A stretch of DNA of 64,000 nt from Ferroacidibacillus organovorans (GCF_001642725.1 NZ_LSUQ01000001.1:62001-126000); one strand, 5' to 3'; positions 8,390 through 19,234 are shown, counted from the first letter of the stretch. Notes: generated by a model from the letters alone, not told the origin. Made by a program: numbers and translations.

Positions 8390-10423
8390 ATGAGTCTACA
8401 GGATAACAAAAAAACACCGTTTCATGAAGAAGATTTTTATCGCTTTACTTGGCTCTCTCTTCCTCGCTTTTCGCCAGACGGCGGTTTACTTGGCGTCGGC
8501 CTTCGCCGAGTTAACGCTGCGCGCGATGGGTATCGGGAGATTGTGGGTGTCCTCGATGTAGTAAGCCGCAAACTGACAGAGTATACGAGCGGCGAGTTCA
8601 GTGATACATTTTGCGATCTCTCCACGTCTCACCTGCTCTTTTGCTCGGCGGATCGCGCAGCGCTTGGCAATCAGCTTTATGTCATGCCGCTGCACGGAGG
8701 CGAAGCCAAACGCTTGACGTCACTCGCAGGAGATGTGAAAACAGGCCGGTTCTCGCCTGCTGGAACGCGGATTGCGGCGCTGGTCGCGTGTGTAGATGGA
8801 GAACCGCTGACGCGCGAGAAGGATGATGAGGATAAGAAAAAAAAGGCGCTTGCGCCTTATGTGGTTGAGAAGCTTCCGTATAAGCGTGACGGAAAAGGAC
8901 TTGTCGATCAAAAGAAAACACAGGTGTTCATCCTCGATGCGCAAAGCGGCGACGTGCTGGCGCAGACACACTTGCCACATGGCGTGACATCGTACTCCTT
9001 CACACAGGATGAAGCGGAGCTGTTGCTCGTCACGCCGGTGACGGATGAACCGTACCGTCACGAGACGCGCGTCGTTTTGTGGAATCGTGAGACGGGGGAG
9101 GAGCGCGCCGTTTCTACGGGGACGGAGTCGATCGAGCAGGCGACGGTCGCGCCAGACGGTGCGCACTGGGTGGGAATAGGAAGCGATTTCGCTTTCTACG
9201 GCGCAACGCAGCCGCTGCTTTATCGCGGTGCGCTGACTGGAGAACCGGGTTCCCCTGAGCGCTACATCGAGGAGAACTTCGATTACGGAATTCACGCGGC
9301 AGGGATGAGCGACATGCGCGGTCACGAAGAGCTCCCAGGGCCGCTTTTTATGGCGGATGGCCAGAGCGTGCTCGCACCCGTCAGTCACGAGGGGCGCGTT
9401 TCACTCGCGGTGTTTTCTCCCAGCGGGAAACTTTCGTGGCGCGTCAATGAGCCGTGCGAAGTGTACGCGTATGCGTACAACAAAGCGACCGATACCGTGG
9501 CGTATCTGGCAACGGATGTGACACAACCGGGTGAACTGTTTTTTTCGACGGGAGACGGTATCGAACAGATCACCGACGTGAACCCGTGGCTCCGCGAACG
9601 GATCATCGCGCCGGTGGTCGATACGTATCACGCGGCGGATGACGGTGTACGACTGCACACCTTTTTTATGGATGCGACAGAAACGGCCGCACGCGTTGAA
9701 AACCAGAATAGGACCGAAAAGACACCGCTCGTGCTACAGATTCACGGTGGGCCGCACGCGATGTATTCGTACTCTTTCGTGTTTGAGTTTCAGCTCATCG
9801 CTGCCAAAGGCTATGCGGTCGTGTATGGAAATCCGCGCGGCAGCTTTGGCTACGGACAAGCGTTTGTCAAACGCTGCATGGGGGATTATGGCGGGCGCGA
9901 CTTCGCTGATCTTATGAATATCCTTGATGCCACGCTCGCCGCTCAAAAAGATTTGGATCGGGACGCGCTCGGCGTGACGGGCGGTTCGTATGGCGGCTTC
10001 ATGACCAATTGGATCGTCGGTCATACATCTCGCTTCCGCGCGGCGGTCACACAGCGTTCGATCTCAAACTGGGTCAGCTTTTATGGCGTGAGTGATATCG
10101 GCTATGAGTTCACAGAGCGTGAACACCACTGGCATCTGCGCGATACGCCGTTTACGAACATTGATGACTTATGGAAGGTGTCGCCGCTTCGCTATGTCGC
10201 GTCGGTGGAAACGCCGCTTCTCATCCTGCATGGTGAAAACGATCTGCGCTGCCCGATTGAACAAGGGGAGCAAATGTATACGGCGCTTGCGGCACTGGGG
10301 AAAGAGGTCGCTTTCGTTCGTTTTCCAGGGGCGAATCACGACCTTTCGCGGACAGGTCACCCAGGTCTTCGCGTCGCGCGATACCAGCACATGGTGGGGT
10401 GGTTTCAAACGCATCTCTCCTGA
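8390..10423 (+). CDS. S9 family (acylaminoacyl/prolyl oligo-) peptidase
   Basis: Beta-propeller region, then IHGGPH, GGSYGG nucleophile, D(LRCP) and H(DLSR); ATG 8390 with SD GGGGAGG. Confidence 0.92.
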   Translation: MSLQDNKKTPFHEEDFYRFTWLSLPRFSPDGGLLGVGLRRVNAARDGYREIVGVLDVVSRKLTEYTSGEFSDTFCDLSTSHLLFCSADRAALGNQLYVMPLHGGEAKRLTSLAGDVKTGRFSPAGTRIAALVACVDGEPLTREKDDEDKKKKALAPYVVEKLPYKRDGKGLVDQKKTQVFILDAQSGDVLAQTHLPHGVTSYSFTQDEAELLLVTPVTDEPYRHETRVVLWNRETGEERAVSTGTESIEQATVAPDGAHWVGIGSDFAFYGATQPLLYRGALTGEPGSPERYIEENFDYGIHAAGMSDMRGHEELPGPLFMADGQSVLAPVSHEGRVSLAVFSPSGKLSWRVNEPCEVYAYAYNKATDTVAYLATDVTQPGELFFSTGDGIEQITDVNPWLRERIIAPVVDTYHAADDGVRLHTFFMDATETAARVENQNRTEKTPLVLQIHGGPHAMYSYSFVFEFQLIAAKGYAVVYGNPRGSFGYGQAFVKRCMGDYGGRDFADLMNILDATLAAQKDLDRDALGVTGGSYGGFMTNWIVGHTSRFRAAVTQRSISNWVSFYGVSDIGYEFTEREHHWHLRDTPFTNIDDLWKVSPLRYVASVETPLLILHGENDLRCPIEQGEQMYTALAALGKEVAFVRFPGANHDLSRTGHPGLRVARYQHMVGWFQTHLS

Positions 10424-10597
10424 GCGTGCTGTGCGTTTGCTCAGGTCTGTCGCGCGTGAGGCGCGTGGCAGACCTTTTTAGGTTGCGCGTGTTCGCAAAC
10501 TGGCATCGCGGCGTGAAGTTTGTTATCTTAAGTAAGTGAGTCATACGTATACAAAGCAACAGTGAATGAAATTTGAAGGGTTGGCAGGGGGACGCAT

Positions 10598-10948
10598 ATG
10601 GGACCGATGGATCTACAATCTGTGCAGATAGCGCTTGACGCGCGTGTTGGCAGGATGCAATACGTTCACCTGGAGACGACCAACGGCGCGTATGCTGCGC
10701 ATCGCGAAGAGGGAGCAATGACCGTATGCGCCTACATTCGCAATGGTAGAATTGAATTTGAGCGAGGAACGATCGTTGGTGATGGCCCGTACCGTGTCGG
10801 CCTAAAGATGCAGATCGGCTGGATTTACGCAGAAGGACTAACCGATTTTGAAGTGGATGCAAAAGGGCGTTTGTTGATGGCAGGCTACGATAGCGAAGGG
10901 CGATTAGCCATTGCGCTCGAACTTTCGGACGAACCGTTTGCGATGTAG
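10598..10948 (+). CDS. yojF: YojF/DUF1806 family protein
   Basis: YVHLETTNGAYA, GPYRVGLK...GWIYAEGLT; directly upstream of bshB2. Confidence 0.85.
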   Translation: MGPMDLQSVQIALDARVGRMQYVHLETTNGAYAAHREEGAMTVCAYIRNGRIEFERGTIVGDGPYRVGLKMQIGWIYAEGLTDFEVDAKGRLLMAGYDSEGRLAIALELSDEPFAM

Positions 10949-11011
10949 GGAACGTGTGGTCGATGAAACTTGCCGTGTGATACGTTTGGTTATGAGAGGG
11001 GATCCGTTTTC

Positions 11012-11680
11012 ATGGAACGCCATGTATTGGTCGTTTTTCCGCATCCTGATGATGAGACATTTGGGACAGGCGGTACGATTGCGTCGTTTACGAAAGCCGG
11101 GGTTCCTGTCACCTATGCGTGTGGAACGCTCGGACAGATGGGTAGAAATATGGGCAAGCCCTTTTTTGCAACGCGCGAGACGCTGAGTGAAGTGCGTGAG
11201 AAAGAACTGCGCGCCGCGTGTGACGCGCTTGGCATTAAAGATTTGCGACTCCTCGGACTGCGCGACAAGACAATCGAGTTTGAAGATCGCGAAGTGATCG
11301 CAGATCAACTTCTCTCAATCATAGAGGAGTTGAATCCGTCCTTAATTATCACGCACTATCCGGGATTTGCGGTGCATCCAGACCACAATGCGCTAGGGGC
11401 TGCTTGCGTGCGCGCTGTGGAAAAGCTGCCTGTCGCGAAACGCCCTGTGGTGTATGGTCACGCATTCGCGAGGAATCGCGAGGAATTCATTGGGAGTCCT
11501 GATGTGACGATCGACATTCACGATGTGGCAGAAACAAAACTCGAAGCGGTTCGCGCGCATCGCTCCCAGTCAGAGAATGTGATCGCGCGTTTTGAGGAAG
11601 CGCTTAAAAATAAAGAAGCGGCGGCGCAGTTTGGACCAAGCATGTTTACGGAGAGTTTTTATACGATGAAATTTGCCTGA
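11012..11680 (+). CDS. bshB2: Bacillithiol biosynthesis deacetylase BshB2
   Basis: FPHPDDE, TLGQMGRNMG, VHPDH, AHRSQ. Confidence 0.9.
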   Translation: MERHVLVVFPHPDDETFGTGGTIASFTKAGVPVTYACGTLGQMGRNMGKPFFATRETLSEVREKELRAACDALGIKDLRLLGLRDKTIEFEDREVIADQLLSIIEELNPSLIITHYPGFAVHPDHNALGAACVRAVEKLPVAKRPVVYGHAFARNREEFIGSPDVTIDIHDVAETKLEAVRAHRSQSENVIARFEEALKNKEAAAQFGPSMFTESFYTMKFA

Positions 11681-11766
11681 CGGATTGGGAATGGGCTAGA
11701 AGAGGGCTGTGCGCTTTGTGCGCAAAGCCCTCCTTTCTGCATCCACGCACGAAGGGGAGTAACGCG

Positions 11767-13257
11767 ATGCCACAGAAGCGCCTTGATACATTAAAACATT
11801 CTCCGCTCTATCGCGATCGACAAGATGCGCTGTTAACCGATTTATATCAACTCACGATGATGTATGGTCACTATAAAGCTGGCCGCCTCGATCAGGAGGT
11901 TGTCTTTGATCTTTTTTACCGTGTCAATCCGTGCGGCAATGGATTTGTTGTCTTTGCCGGATTAGAACAGGCTGTTCTCTACCTCATGACGCTGCGCTTT
12001 ACAGAAGAAGAGATTGCGTATCTGCGCCATACAAAGCTATTTGACGATGGGTTTTTAGACGAGCTCGTCGCGTTTCGCTTTACTGGAACTGTGCACGCGG
12101 TGACGGAGGGGACAATCGTATTCCCGTATGAGCCACTCTTGCGAATCGAGGGGCGTTTGTTTGAACTTCAACTGATCGAATCCGCATTGCTCTGTTTCAT
12201 CAATCACCAATCCCTCATCGCGACGAAAGCGACGCGTATGAAACTGGCGACACAAACCGTTCTCTTTGACGAGGGTGGGGCGATCAGCGATTTTGGGTTG
12301 CGTCGGGCCCAAAATCGTGATGCGTCCGTTTTTGGCGCGCGCGCAGCGTATATCGGCGGTTGTTCAAGCACGAGCAATGTCGCCGCCGGGTTTCACTTTG
12401 GCATTCCCGTTTCCGGGACGCAGGCGCACAGCTGGATTCAGAGTTTCCCGTCAGAACTCGCCGCGTTTCGTGCCTACAAAGATGCGTACCCTGACCAGAC
12501 GGTGTTGTTGGTCGACACGTACAGCGTGCTGCGCTCGGGGGTTCCTAACGCCATCACCGTTGGGTTGGAACTGCGCAGGGAGGGGCGTGATCTGTTGGGC
12601 ATACGGATTGATTCGGGCGATCTCGCCTACCTCTCGAAGGAAGCACGCAAGCGATTGGATGAGGCAGGATTTACCAAGACGAAGATCATCGCATCGGATG
12701 ACCTCGATGAGGATACGATTCGCGATTTGCTCTTGCAAGGAGCGGCGATTGACGCTTGGGGAGTGGGCACGGCGCTGATTACTTCGAAGGACTGTCCAGC
12801 GCTCGGTGGTGTTTACAAGCTCTCTGCGGAAAAAGTCGATGATCTCTATGTTCCGAAGATTAAAGTGTCGGAGAACCCGCAAAAGGTGACCCATCCAGGA
12901 AAAAAGAAGTGGGTGCGCTTTTACGTCAACGGACTCGCCAACGCGGATTTGATCATGCTGGAAGACGAACGGTTACCGAAAGGTGAAGCTGTGACGCTGT
13001 TTGATCCGATTCACACGTATAAACAAAAAACGATCACCCAGTACCGAGTGCGCGAGATGCTTGTGCCGATCATTGTAAACGGGCAGATCGTCTATGAGTT
13101 ACCCGAACTCGCCGACGTTCGGGCGTATGCGGAAAATGAGCTGCGTTCGATTCCTAGTGAGACCCTTCGTTTAAAGAATCCGCATGTGCATCACGTCGAT
13201 CTGAGTCGCGAACTCTGGCAACTCAAACAAAAACTCGTGCAAAGCACACGCGTGTGA
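11767..13257 (+). CDS. pncB: Nicotinate phosphoribosyltransferase
   Basis: LLTDLYQLTM, FGLRRAQ, GTQAHSW, LVDTY, RIDSGDL, LGGVYKL. Confidence 0.95.
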   Translation: MPQKRLDTLKHSPLYRDRQDALLTDLYQLTMMYGHYKAGRLDQEVVFDLFYRVNPCGNGFVVFAGLEQAVLYLMTLRFTEEEIAYLRHTKLFDDGFLDELVAFRFTGTVHAVTEGTIVFPYEPLLRIEGRLFELQLIESALLCFINHQSLIATKATRMKLATQTVLFDEGGAISDFGLRRAQNRDASVFGARAAYIGGCSSTSNVAAGFHFGIPVSGTQAHSWIQSFPSELAAFRAYKDAYPDQTVLLVDTYSVLRSGVPNAITVGLELRREGRDLLGIRIDSGDLAYLSKEARKRLDEAGFTKTKIIASDDLDEDTIRDLLLQGAAIDAWGVGTALITSKDCPALGGVYKLSAEKVDDLYVPKIKVSENPQKVTHPGKKKWVRFYVNGLANADLIMLEDERLPKGEAVTLFDPIHTYKQKTITQYRVREMLVPIIVNGQIVYELPELADVRAYAENELRSIPSETLRLKNPHVHHVDLSRELWQLKQKLVQSTRV

Positions 13258-13261
13258 TTGT

Positions 13262-14434
13262 CTAAGCAAATTTGTGAAGCGTCATTTGCTGATTTACAAA
13301 TCTCCCCACCATCGCGGAGAGGTTCTTTTCAACGATGGCAGCGGTCGCCTCATTCAAACCTTCTGTGCAGACGGATAGCGCGAGCGGGCGATTCGCGATC
13401 ACAAAAAGCGCAGAGTCGTGAAATTGATTGGGCCAATTTCCGAGAACATGATAGAAGGGGGCGACGGAGTTTCCTCTGAGACCCGCTTGTAGTCGATCGG
13501 CAGTGGGTACTTGCGCGAGATCTTTTAACAGGGGTGCGAGTGTAGACGGATGTGCCTGTGCCATTGCGTAGAGTGTCACCATGTACTTTGTTAGATCGAC
13601 GGGCGTCACTGTATAGGGTGGCGTCATGGGGGCGGCACTGCCAAGTCCTTGCGAAAAACGGCTGACCTGATCGGGTCCGAGCGCGCGCATCAGCATGTTG
13701 ATCGCTACAACATCACCGCGCACAATGGCTGCTCTTGCGAGCTGGGCGTATGTGAACGACGTTCCCAGAGGCATTCCGCCAATGTATCCGGGACCCGCTT
13801 GAAGATCGGCCGCCGTCAGGGTGACGGTGTCCGTTGGTTTTAGAAGCCCTTGTGCGATGTCGCTGTACAGAGTCATGGCTACGGGTAGCGCGAGCGTTTC
13901 TGCCGCGCTAAATGTCGCTGTGCCTCGTATAGAAAGCGTAGCTCCGCTATTGACATCGAGTAGAGAGACGCCGACGGTGCCAGGAACCGTATTTAAATAG
14001 GTTTGCATTTCCTTCGCAAGACCGTTGTATTCTTGCTGAGAAAATGGGACACTCGCCGTTGAAGCGAGCATCAGATTCCAGTCTGCGCGAATTGATTTTG
14101 AGACGGTGGGCACTACATATTTAGAGAGTGCGAATGCGCCCGCGCCAAAGACGGCTGCAGCCGCCACAACGGTAAAGAAGCGCATGATGCGCAGCCGCCT
14201 TTTTTTCAGGCGATTTTTATTGTGTTTTGAGACGGTTGCGGCGGTTTGCGCACGGTTTCGCGGCGACTGTGTAGCGGTTGCCCTTTTTCGCGAAGAATTT
14301 GCTTTTTTCCCTGAAGGTTGAGCGACTTTCGTCGGCTGATCTGTGGCGCGCGCCGAGGCGGCCGACCGTCTCATTTGACTGTTTTTTTCGAGCGCTGATG
14401 TTGACTTGCGCGTTTTTTTTCTTTGGGTGTTCAT
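13262..14434 (-). CDS. Membrane-anchored class A beta-lactamase-fold protein with degenerate catalytic motifs
   Basis: Basic N-terminal tail, one TM helix, then a serine-hydrolase scaffold; SxxK reads ETLA, SDN reads GDV, KTG reads VLG. Confidence 0.75.
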   Translation of the reverse strand: MNTQRKKTRKSTSALEKNSQMRRSAASARATDQPTKVAQPSGKKANSSRKRATATQSPRNRAQTAATVSKHNKNRLKKRRLRIMRFFTVVAAAAVFGAGAFALSKYVVPTVSKSIRADWNLMLASTASVPFSQQEYNGLAKEMQTYLNTVPGTVGVSLLDVNSGATLSIRGTATFSAAETLALPVAMTLYSDIAQGLLKPTDTVTLTAADLQAGPGYIGGMPLGTSFTYAQLARAAIVRGDVVAINMLMRALGPDQVSRFSQGLGSAAPMTPPYTVTPVDLTKYMVTLYAMAQAHPSTLAPLLKDLAQVPTADRLQAGLRGNSVAPFYHVLGNWPNQFHDSALFVIANRPLALSVCTEGLNEATAAIVEKNLSAMVGRFVNQQMTLHKFA

Positions 14435-14614
14435 GAACTACCCATCCTATCGGTTATTAACCTATCAATAAAAAGCGGTGGATCAAAGAGCAATCCTGGT
14501 CACATAAAAGGGTGTAAAGGCTATCCATATCGCATTCGTGTGAGGTGTGGTAGGATACGAAGTATAGTACACAACGATTATAGCATGCTAGGGTTTCGGG
14601 AGGGAAGATTTAGC

Positions 14615-15370
14615 ATGAATGACACGAGGATGATTGTTCCGATTCGCGACGTTAAGGTGCGTCGCGAAGTGGTGCTTCCAACAAGCCAGGAAACGTCGCG
14701 CCCGGGGCGCATTCTGATTGTCGATGATGAGCGGGGAATTCAGGATTTTCTCCTGTTTGGCTTGCGCGATGAAGGGTTTGACGTGGCGACTGCGTCTGAC
14801 GGTGAAGAGGCGCTGCAAGTGCTCGAAATCTTTCGTCCTCACATCGTTCTCCTAGATATCATGCTACCAGGGATGGACGGATTTGAGGTCTGTCGGCTCA
14901 TGAAAGAGCGGTCGCGCGTCTCGATCATCATGCTGACCGCCAAAGAAGAGGTAGACGACCGTGTGCGGGGCCTTAGTTCAGGTGCGGATGACTATGTGGT
15001 CAAACCGTTTGCGTTCGTCGAACTCAAGGCGCGGATTGAGGCGCGCTTGCGCGGTCAATTTCCAGAGCTGACGTCGGTTCATCGCATTGGAAAATTTGAA
15101 ATCGATAAGGTGCAGCGCCTGATACGCTATGAGGGTCGCGCGCTCGGGCTCTCGCGAACAGAGTTTAGCCTGCTTGAACTCCTGCTTGAAAAACCGGGTG
15201 TCGCACGGTCGCGCGAAGAAATCATGCAGTGCGTGTGGGGACAGGATTTTCACGGGGAAGACAACATTCTTGAGGTTTACATTCGCTATTTGAGACACAA
15301 ATTGAACGATACGAAACGACAGCTCATTCGGACCGTTCGAGGTGTCGGCTATCGTGTGGAAGTTCAGTAA
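14615..15370 (+). CDS. OmpR-family response regulator
   Basis: ILIVDDE, LLDIMLPGMDG, LTAK, GADDYVVKPF, winged-helix IRTVRGVGY. Confidence 0.95.
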   Translation: MNDTRMIVPIRDVKVRREVVLPTSQETSRPGRILIVDDERGIQDFLLFGLRDEGFDVATASDGEEALQVLEIFRPHIVLLDIMLPGMDGFEVCRLMKERSRVSIIMLTAKEEVDDRVRGLSSGADDYVVKPFAFVELKARIEARLRGQFPELTSVHRIGKFEIDKVQRLIRYEGRALGLSRTEFSLLELLLEKPGVARSREEIMQCVWGQDFHGEDNILEVYIRYLRHKLNDTKRQLIRTVRGVGYRVEVQ

Positions 15371-16898
15371 GAGGACGCTTCGGTCACAATCGGCGCACAC
15401 GATCAGGCGTTCACTCTACTCGCGCTACGTGTGGGTCGTTGTCAGCATCCTTCTGATTATCGGGATTATTCAGGTGCAGACATTGCGCAGTACGCTGATT
15501 ATTGCGGGTGAGACAACGCTCGTATTCAATCTGCGTGATGCGCTCTATCACCAGAAAATCACACCTGAGAATCTTCACAGCATCGCTCCGCAACTGCTTC
15601 ATATGCTCAGTTCGCGCGCGGTGAATGTGGCAGTCTATGACGCCCATTTGAGATTGATTGGTAAACAGATGGCGGCGTATGATCCGATGCCTCTGCAACC
15701 GATGACTACGCAGATTGCGAATGGCGTCTGGGGTTCAGAAGACACGCCATATGGGCGCTTTAAAAATTTGCGTATCCTGCTTTCGCATGGGTCCATTCAG
15801 GTCTACGCACCGCTTGGGACGCGAGCGCAGCCGGCAGGTTATCTGCAAATCGCCTATCGAGACCAAATTCTGTATCCATTTATCTGGCGTGGGATGGCAC
15901 TCTACTTTACGGCGAGTGTTCTGCTCCTCATCTTTGCGGCGATCTCGCTTTTGCCAGTCGTCGAGTCGGCACTCGCACCGCTCCATCGCCTTTTGGCGAC
16001 GGCGTCCCGCATTCGCTCGGGCGCAGTCGCGGAGCGCCTACCCGTGATGGGCACGCGCGAGACGGAACAACTGGCAGTCATGATTAATGAAGGGCTCGAT
16101 CAACTCCAAGAGTCTGTTCGCCAGGAGAAGGAAATTACACAGCGCATGAAGCGATTTGTCTCGTCTGCGTCACACGAATTGCGCACGCCGCTCACCTCGC
16201 TTAAAGGTTTCAGCGAGGTGCTTTTGCGGCGGCTTGACACCTATCGCGAGAATACGAGTGTGGCGCGTGAAATCGCGCTAAACGCGGCGCCGAGGAGGTT
16301 GCGACCGCTGCTTGAAGAGGCGTTTAGCCGCGATGAACAGCTCGCAGAGATTCGGCACGCAGTTGCGTCCATGCAAAATGAAACGACGCGCTTGGAAGAA
16401 CTGGTGAGCGACCTTTTGCAATTGGCGCGTCTTGATGAACATTTCAAGCTCAATCGCTGTGTGATTGATTTAGCCGAATTTGTAGCTGAGCATCAAATTC
16501 AGTATGAGATTCTCTCGAAAGGGCAGAAAATGTTTTTTCATTTAACGCCTTGTCGTGTTGCGTGTGATCCGTCACTTCTTCAGCAAGTGATCTATAATTT
16601 GATTATGAACGCATTGCACTATACGCACGTTCAGACTGGTGAAATTCACGTCACTGTCTCGCCGCGCGGCGCGGAGGGCGCGATCTTAGAGGTGTCAGAC
16701 AATGGCCCGGGAATTGACCCGGCGCATCTTGAGCGCATCTTTGATCGCTTTTTTCGGGCGTCTGAAGCGCGTGAGCGAAACCCTGGCGGAGCAGGACTTG
16801 GGCTCTCGATCTGTGCGGCGATCATCGCGGCGCACGAGGGGAAAATTTATGCACAGAGCACGCTTGGCGTGGGTACGACCATGACGGTTGAACTGTGA
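15354..16898 (+). CDS. Sensor histidine kinase (2 TM, HAMP, HisKA, HATPase)
   Basis: ASHELRTPLT, NLIMNA, DNGPGI, FDRFFR, GAGLGLSI. Confidence 0.95.
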   Translation: MWKFSKRTLRSQSAHTIRRSLYSRYVWVVVSILLIIGIIQVQTLRSTLIIAGETTLVFNLRDALYHQKITPENLHSIAPQLLHMLSSRAVNVAVYDAHLRLIGKQMAAYDPMPLQPMTTQIANGVWGSEDTPYGRFKNLRILLSHGSIQVYAPLGTRAQPAGYLQIAYRDQILYPFIWRGMALYFTASVLLLIFAAISLLPVVESALAPLHRLLATASRIRSGAVAERLPVMGTRETEQLAVMINEGLDQLQESVRQEKEITQRMKRFVSSASHELRTPLTSLKGFSEVLLRRLDTYRENTSVAREIALNAAPRRLRPLLEEAFSRDEQLAEIRHAVASMQNETTRLEELVSDLLQLARLDEHFKLNRCVIDLAEFVAEHQIQYEILSKGQKMFFHLTPCRVACDPSLLQQVIYNLIMNALHYTHVQTGEIHVTVSPRGAEGAILEVSDNGPGIDPAHLERIFDRFFRASEARERNPGGAGLGLSICAAIIAAHEGKIYAQSTLGVGTTMTVEL

Positions 16899-16907
16899 GG
16901 GATTTTT

Positions 16908-17873
16908 ATGAAAGTCATTAAAATTACTCCGCGCGGCTATTGTTACGGCGTCGTCGATGCGATGACCATCGCTGCGCGCGCGGCGGCACAGCCGGAATTG
17001 CCGCGTCCTATCTATATTCTGGGTATGATTGTTCACAATCAGCATGTGGTGGAGGCATATGAAAAGCTCGGCGTCATCACGCTTGATGGAATAAATCGCC
17101 TGGAGATTCTTGAAAAGGTTGATCACGGCACGGTGATTTTAACCGCGCACGGCGTCTCCAATGCTGTACGCGAGCGGGCTAAAGAAAAAGGACTCTATGT
17201 GATCGATGCGACGTGCCCAGACGTGACCAGAACGCATCGCTTGATAGAAGCGCGTATAAAGGATGGGTACCGGGTTGTCTATATCGGCAAGCATGGCCAT
17301 CCAGAACCAGAAGGCGCAGTCGGCGTTGCGCCTGATCATGTGCGCGTTGTCGAGACGATCGCTGAGGTGGATGCGCTTCCAGAAGAATATGGTATGCAAG
17401 ACGGTGGACGGAAGCTGCTCGTAACCAACCAGACGACGATGTCCCAGTGGGACACAGCAGAACTTGTCGAAGCTCTCCTTGCTCGCTTTCCCGAGGCAGA
17501 AGTTTGCAATGAGATCTGCGATGCGACGAGCTTGCGCCAAAACGCGGTGGCTGAACAAGCGCCTCAGGCGGATCTTTGCATTGTTGTCGGCGATCCAAGG
17601 AGTAACAACAGCGCGCGTTTGGCACAGGTAGCGCGGGAGATTGCCGGTGTTCCAGCGCATCGCATTGCGAGTGTCCAGGAATTGGATCGCGCATGGCTGC
17701 ATGGCATTAAAACGGTTGCGATCACCTCGGGCGCGTCTACGCCGACTTCGATTACGCGTCAAGTTGTCGAGTATCTTGAAGCGTACGAAGAGCAGGATGT
17801 GTCTACGCACGCACTCCCGGATCCTTTGTCGCCTGATCGCGTTTTACCGCAACTAACCACACCTTCTGCCTAA
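16908..17873 (+). CDS. ispH: 4-hydroxy-3-methylbut-2-enyl diphosphate reductase
   Basis: [43 protein letters not shown]. Confidence 0.97.
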   Translation: MKVIKITPRGYCYGVVDAMTIAARAAAQPELPRPIYILGMIVHNQHVVEAYEKLGVITLDGINRLEILEKVDHGTVILTAHGVSNAVRERAKEKGLYVIDATCPDVTRTHRLIEARIKDGYRVVYIGKHGHPEPEGAVGVAPDHVRVVETIAEVDALPEEYGMQDGGRKLLVTNQTTMSQWDTAELVEALLARFPEAEVCNEICDATSLRQNAVAEQAPQADLCIVVGDPRSNNSARLAQVAREIAGVPAHRIASVQELDRAWLHGIKTVAITSGASTPTSITRQVVEYLEAYEEQDVSTHALPDPLSPDRVLPQLTTPSA

Positions 17874-17903
17874 TTGATGATTGTTAAGAAAGGATCGGTC
17901 CTT

Positions 17904-18821
17904 ATGGAAGAATTGATGCGCCAGGTTCTCCTCTCCCTCTCAAAAAATAAAAATGCCAATCAACTGGCTAAGCAATTTGGATTGCGCTTTGGGGCGCAGC
18001 GTTTTGTCGCAGGCGAAACGATCGCCACAGCCATCGCGCGGGTGCAGCAATTGAACGCGTCTGGAATGCGTGTTACGCTCGATCACCTGGGCGAGTTTGT
18101 GCTGGATAAAGCAGAGGCGGAGGCGTCTTGTGACCACTGTGTTGAAACACTGTACGCGATGGATCGGGCGCAGGTGGACGCCAACTTATCGATCAAATTG
18201 ACCCAGTTGGGTCTCGATATTGATAAAGAGTTATGCTTCGAAAACGTACAGCGAATTCTGACTGCAGCTAAAGAAGTAAACCGATTTGTGCGCATTGATA
18301 TGGAAGATCACACGCGCTGTGACGTTACGCTCGAACTCCTTCACAGAGTGCGTGAACGATTCGACAATGTGGGAACCGTCATGCAGTCGTATCTCTATCG
18401 GGCGGCTGATGATGTGGCGCACCTCGCGGGACTGGGGATACCGCTTCGCATTGTAAAAGGGGCGTATAAAGAGCCAAAAGAGGTCGCCTATCCTGAAAAA
18501 CGGGATGTAGATGAAAACTATAAACGACTCGTGTCGCAGTCGCTGAGGCTTGGGAATCGCACAGCCATTGCGACGCACGATGACACATTGATTGAGTGGG
18601 CAAAACGGTTTGTCGAACAGGAGGGTATTTCCCGGGATTTGTTCGAGTTTCAGATGCTTTATGGCATCCGTACAGGACTCGCGCAATCCCTTGTCACACA
18701 AGGATACGGTATGCGCATCTACGTTCCATTTGGGACAGACTGGTACGGCTATTTCATGCGTCGTCTCGCTGAGCGTCCCGCCAATGTCGGTTTTGTGCTG
18801 CGCGGCTTGGTTCGCTCATAA
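17904..18821 (+). CDS. Proline dehydrogenase (monofunctional)
   Basis: RFVAGET, LDHLGE, SIKLTQLG, RIDMED, VKGAY, ATHD, FQMLYG, YFMRRLAERP. Confidence 0.93.
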   Translation: MEELMRQVLLSLSKNKNANQLAKQFGLRFGAQRFVAGETIATAIARVQQLNASGMRVTLDHLGEFVLDKAEAEASCDHCVETLYAMDRAQVDANLSIKLTQLGLDIDKELCFENVQRILTAAKEVNRFVRIDMEDHTRCDVTLELLHRVRERFDNVGTVMQSYLYRAADDVAHLAGLGIPLRIVKGAYKEPKEVAYPEKRDVDENYKRLVSQSLRLGNRTAIATHDDTLIEWAKRFVEQEGISRDLFEFQMLYGIRTGLAQSLVTQGYGMRIYVPFGTDWYGYFMRRLAERPANVGFVLRGLVRS

Positions 18822-18907
18822 CACATTGTCGCGCAGCGCATGCACAATCGGGGAGAAATGACAAATTGTGCTATACTTTTCGTAATCGCTACGGAAAGTC
18901 TCTTCGC

Positions 18908-19234
18908 TTATGGCGTGCGTGGAAACGTGATTGGGACGAGTTTGCCCATTGGATATCCCACTTCTTCTGAAGATCCAAGCGCAAAACCGTAGACAAATAC
19001 GCCGTTGAATCGTTTTGGCACAAAGAGCACCGCTTCATTCTCAATCCCGTATGTGCTGCCGAGTTCAATGTCCTTCGGATCGGTCGCATAGGAACGCGTG
19101 AGGAAGTAGCGCGACTCTAAAACACCATACTCGCTCAGATTTCCTTCTCGATAGGCGAGTTCTCCGGCGCGCTTCAAGCGCTCCATTTCTTCGAGCAGTT
19201 CAGCGCGGTTCATTTCGCGAAGGGGTTTCGTCAT
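18908..19234 (-). CDS. YfhH/DUF1811 family protein
   Basis: Helical N-terminus (EM...EL..E, G..SEY.VL) plus beta C-terminus (NGVFVYG); SD GAGGTG. Confidence 0.75.
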   Translation of the reverse strand: MTKPLREMNRAELLEEMERLKRAGELAYREGNLSEYGVLESRYFLTRSYATDPKDIELGSTYGIENEAVLFVPKRFNGVFVYGFALGSSEEVGYPMGKLVPITFPRTP

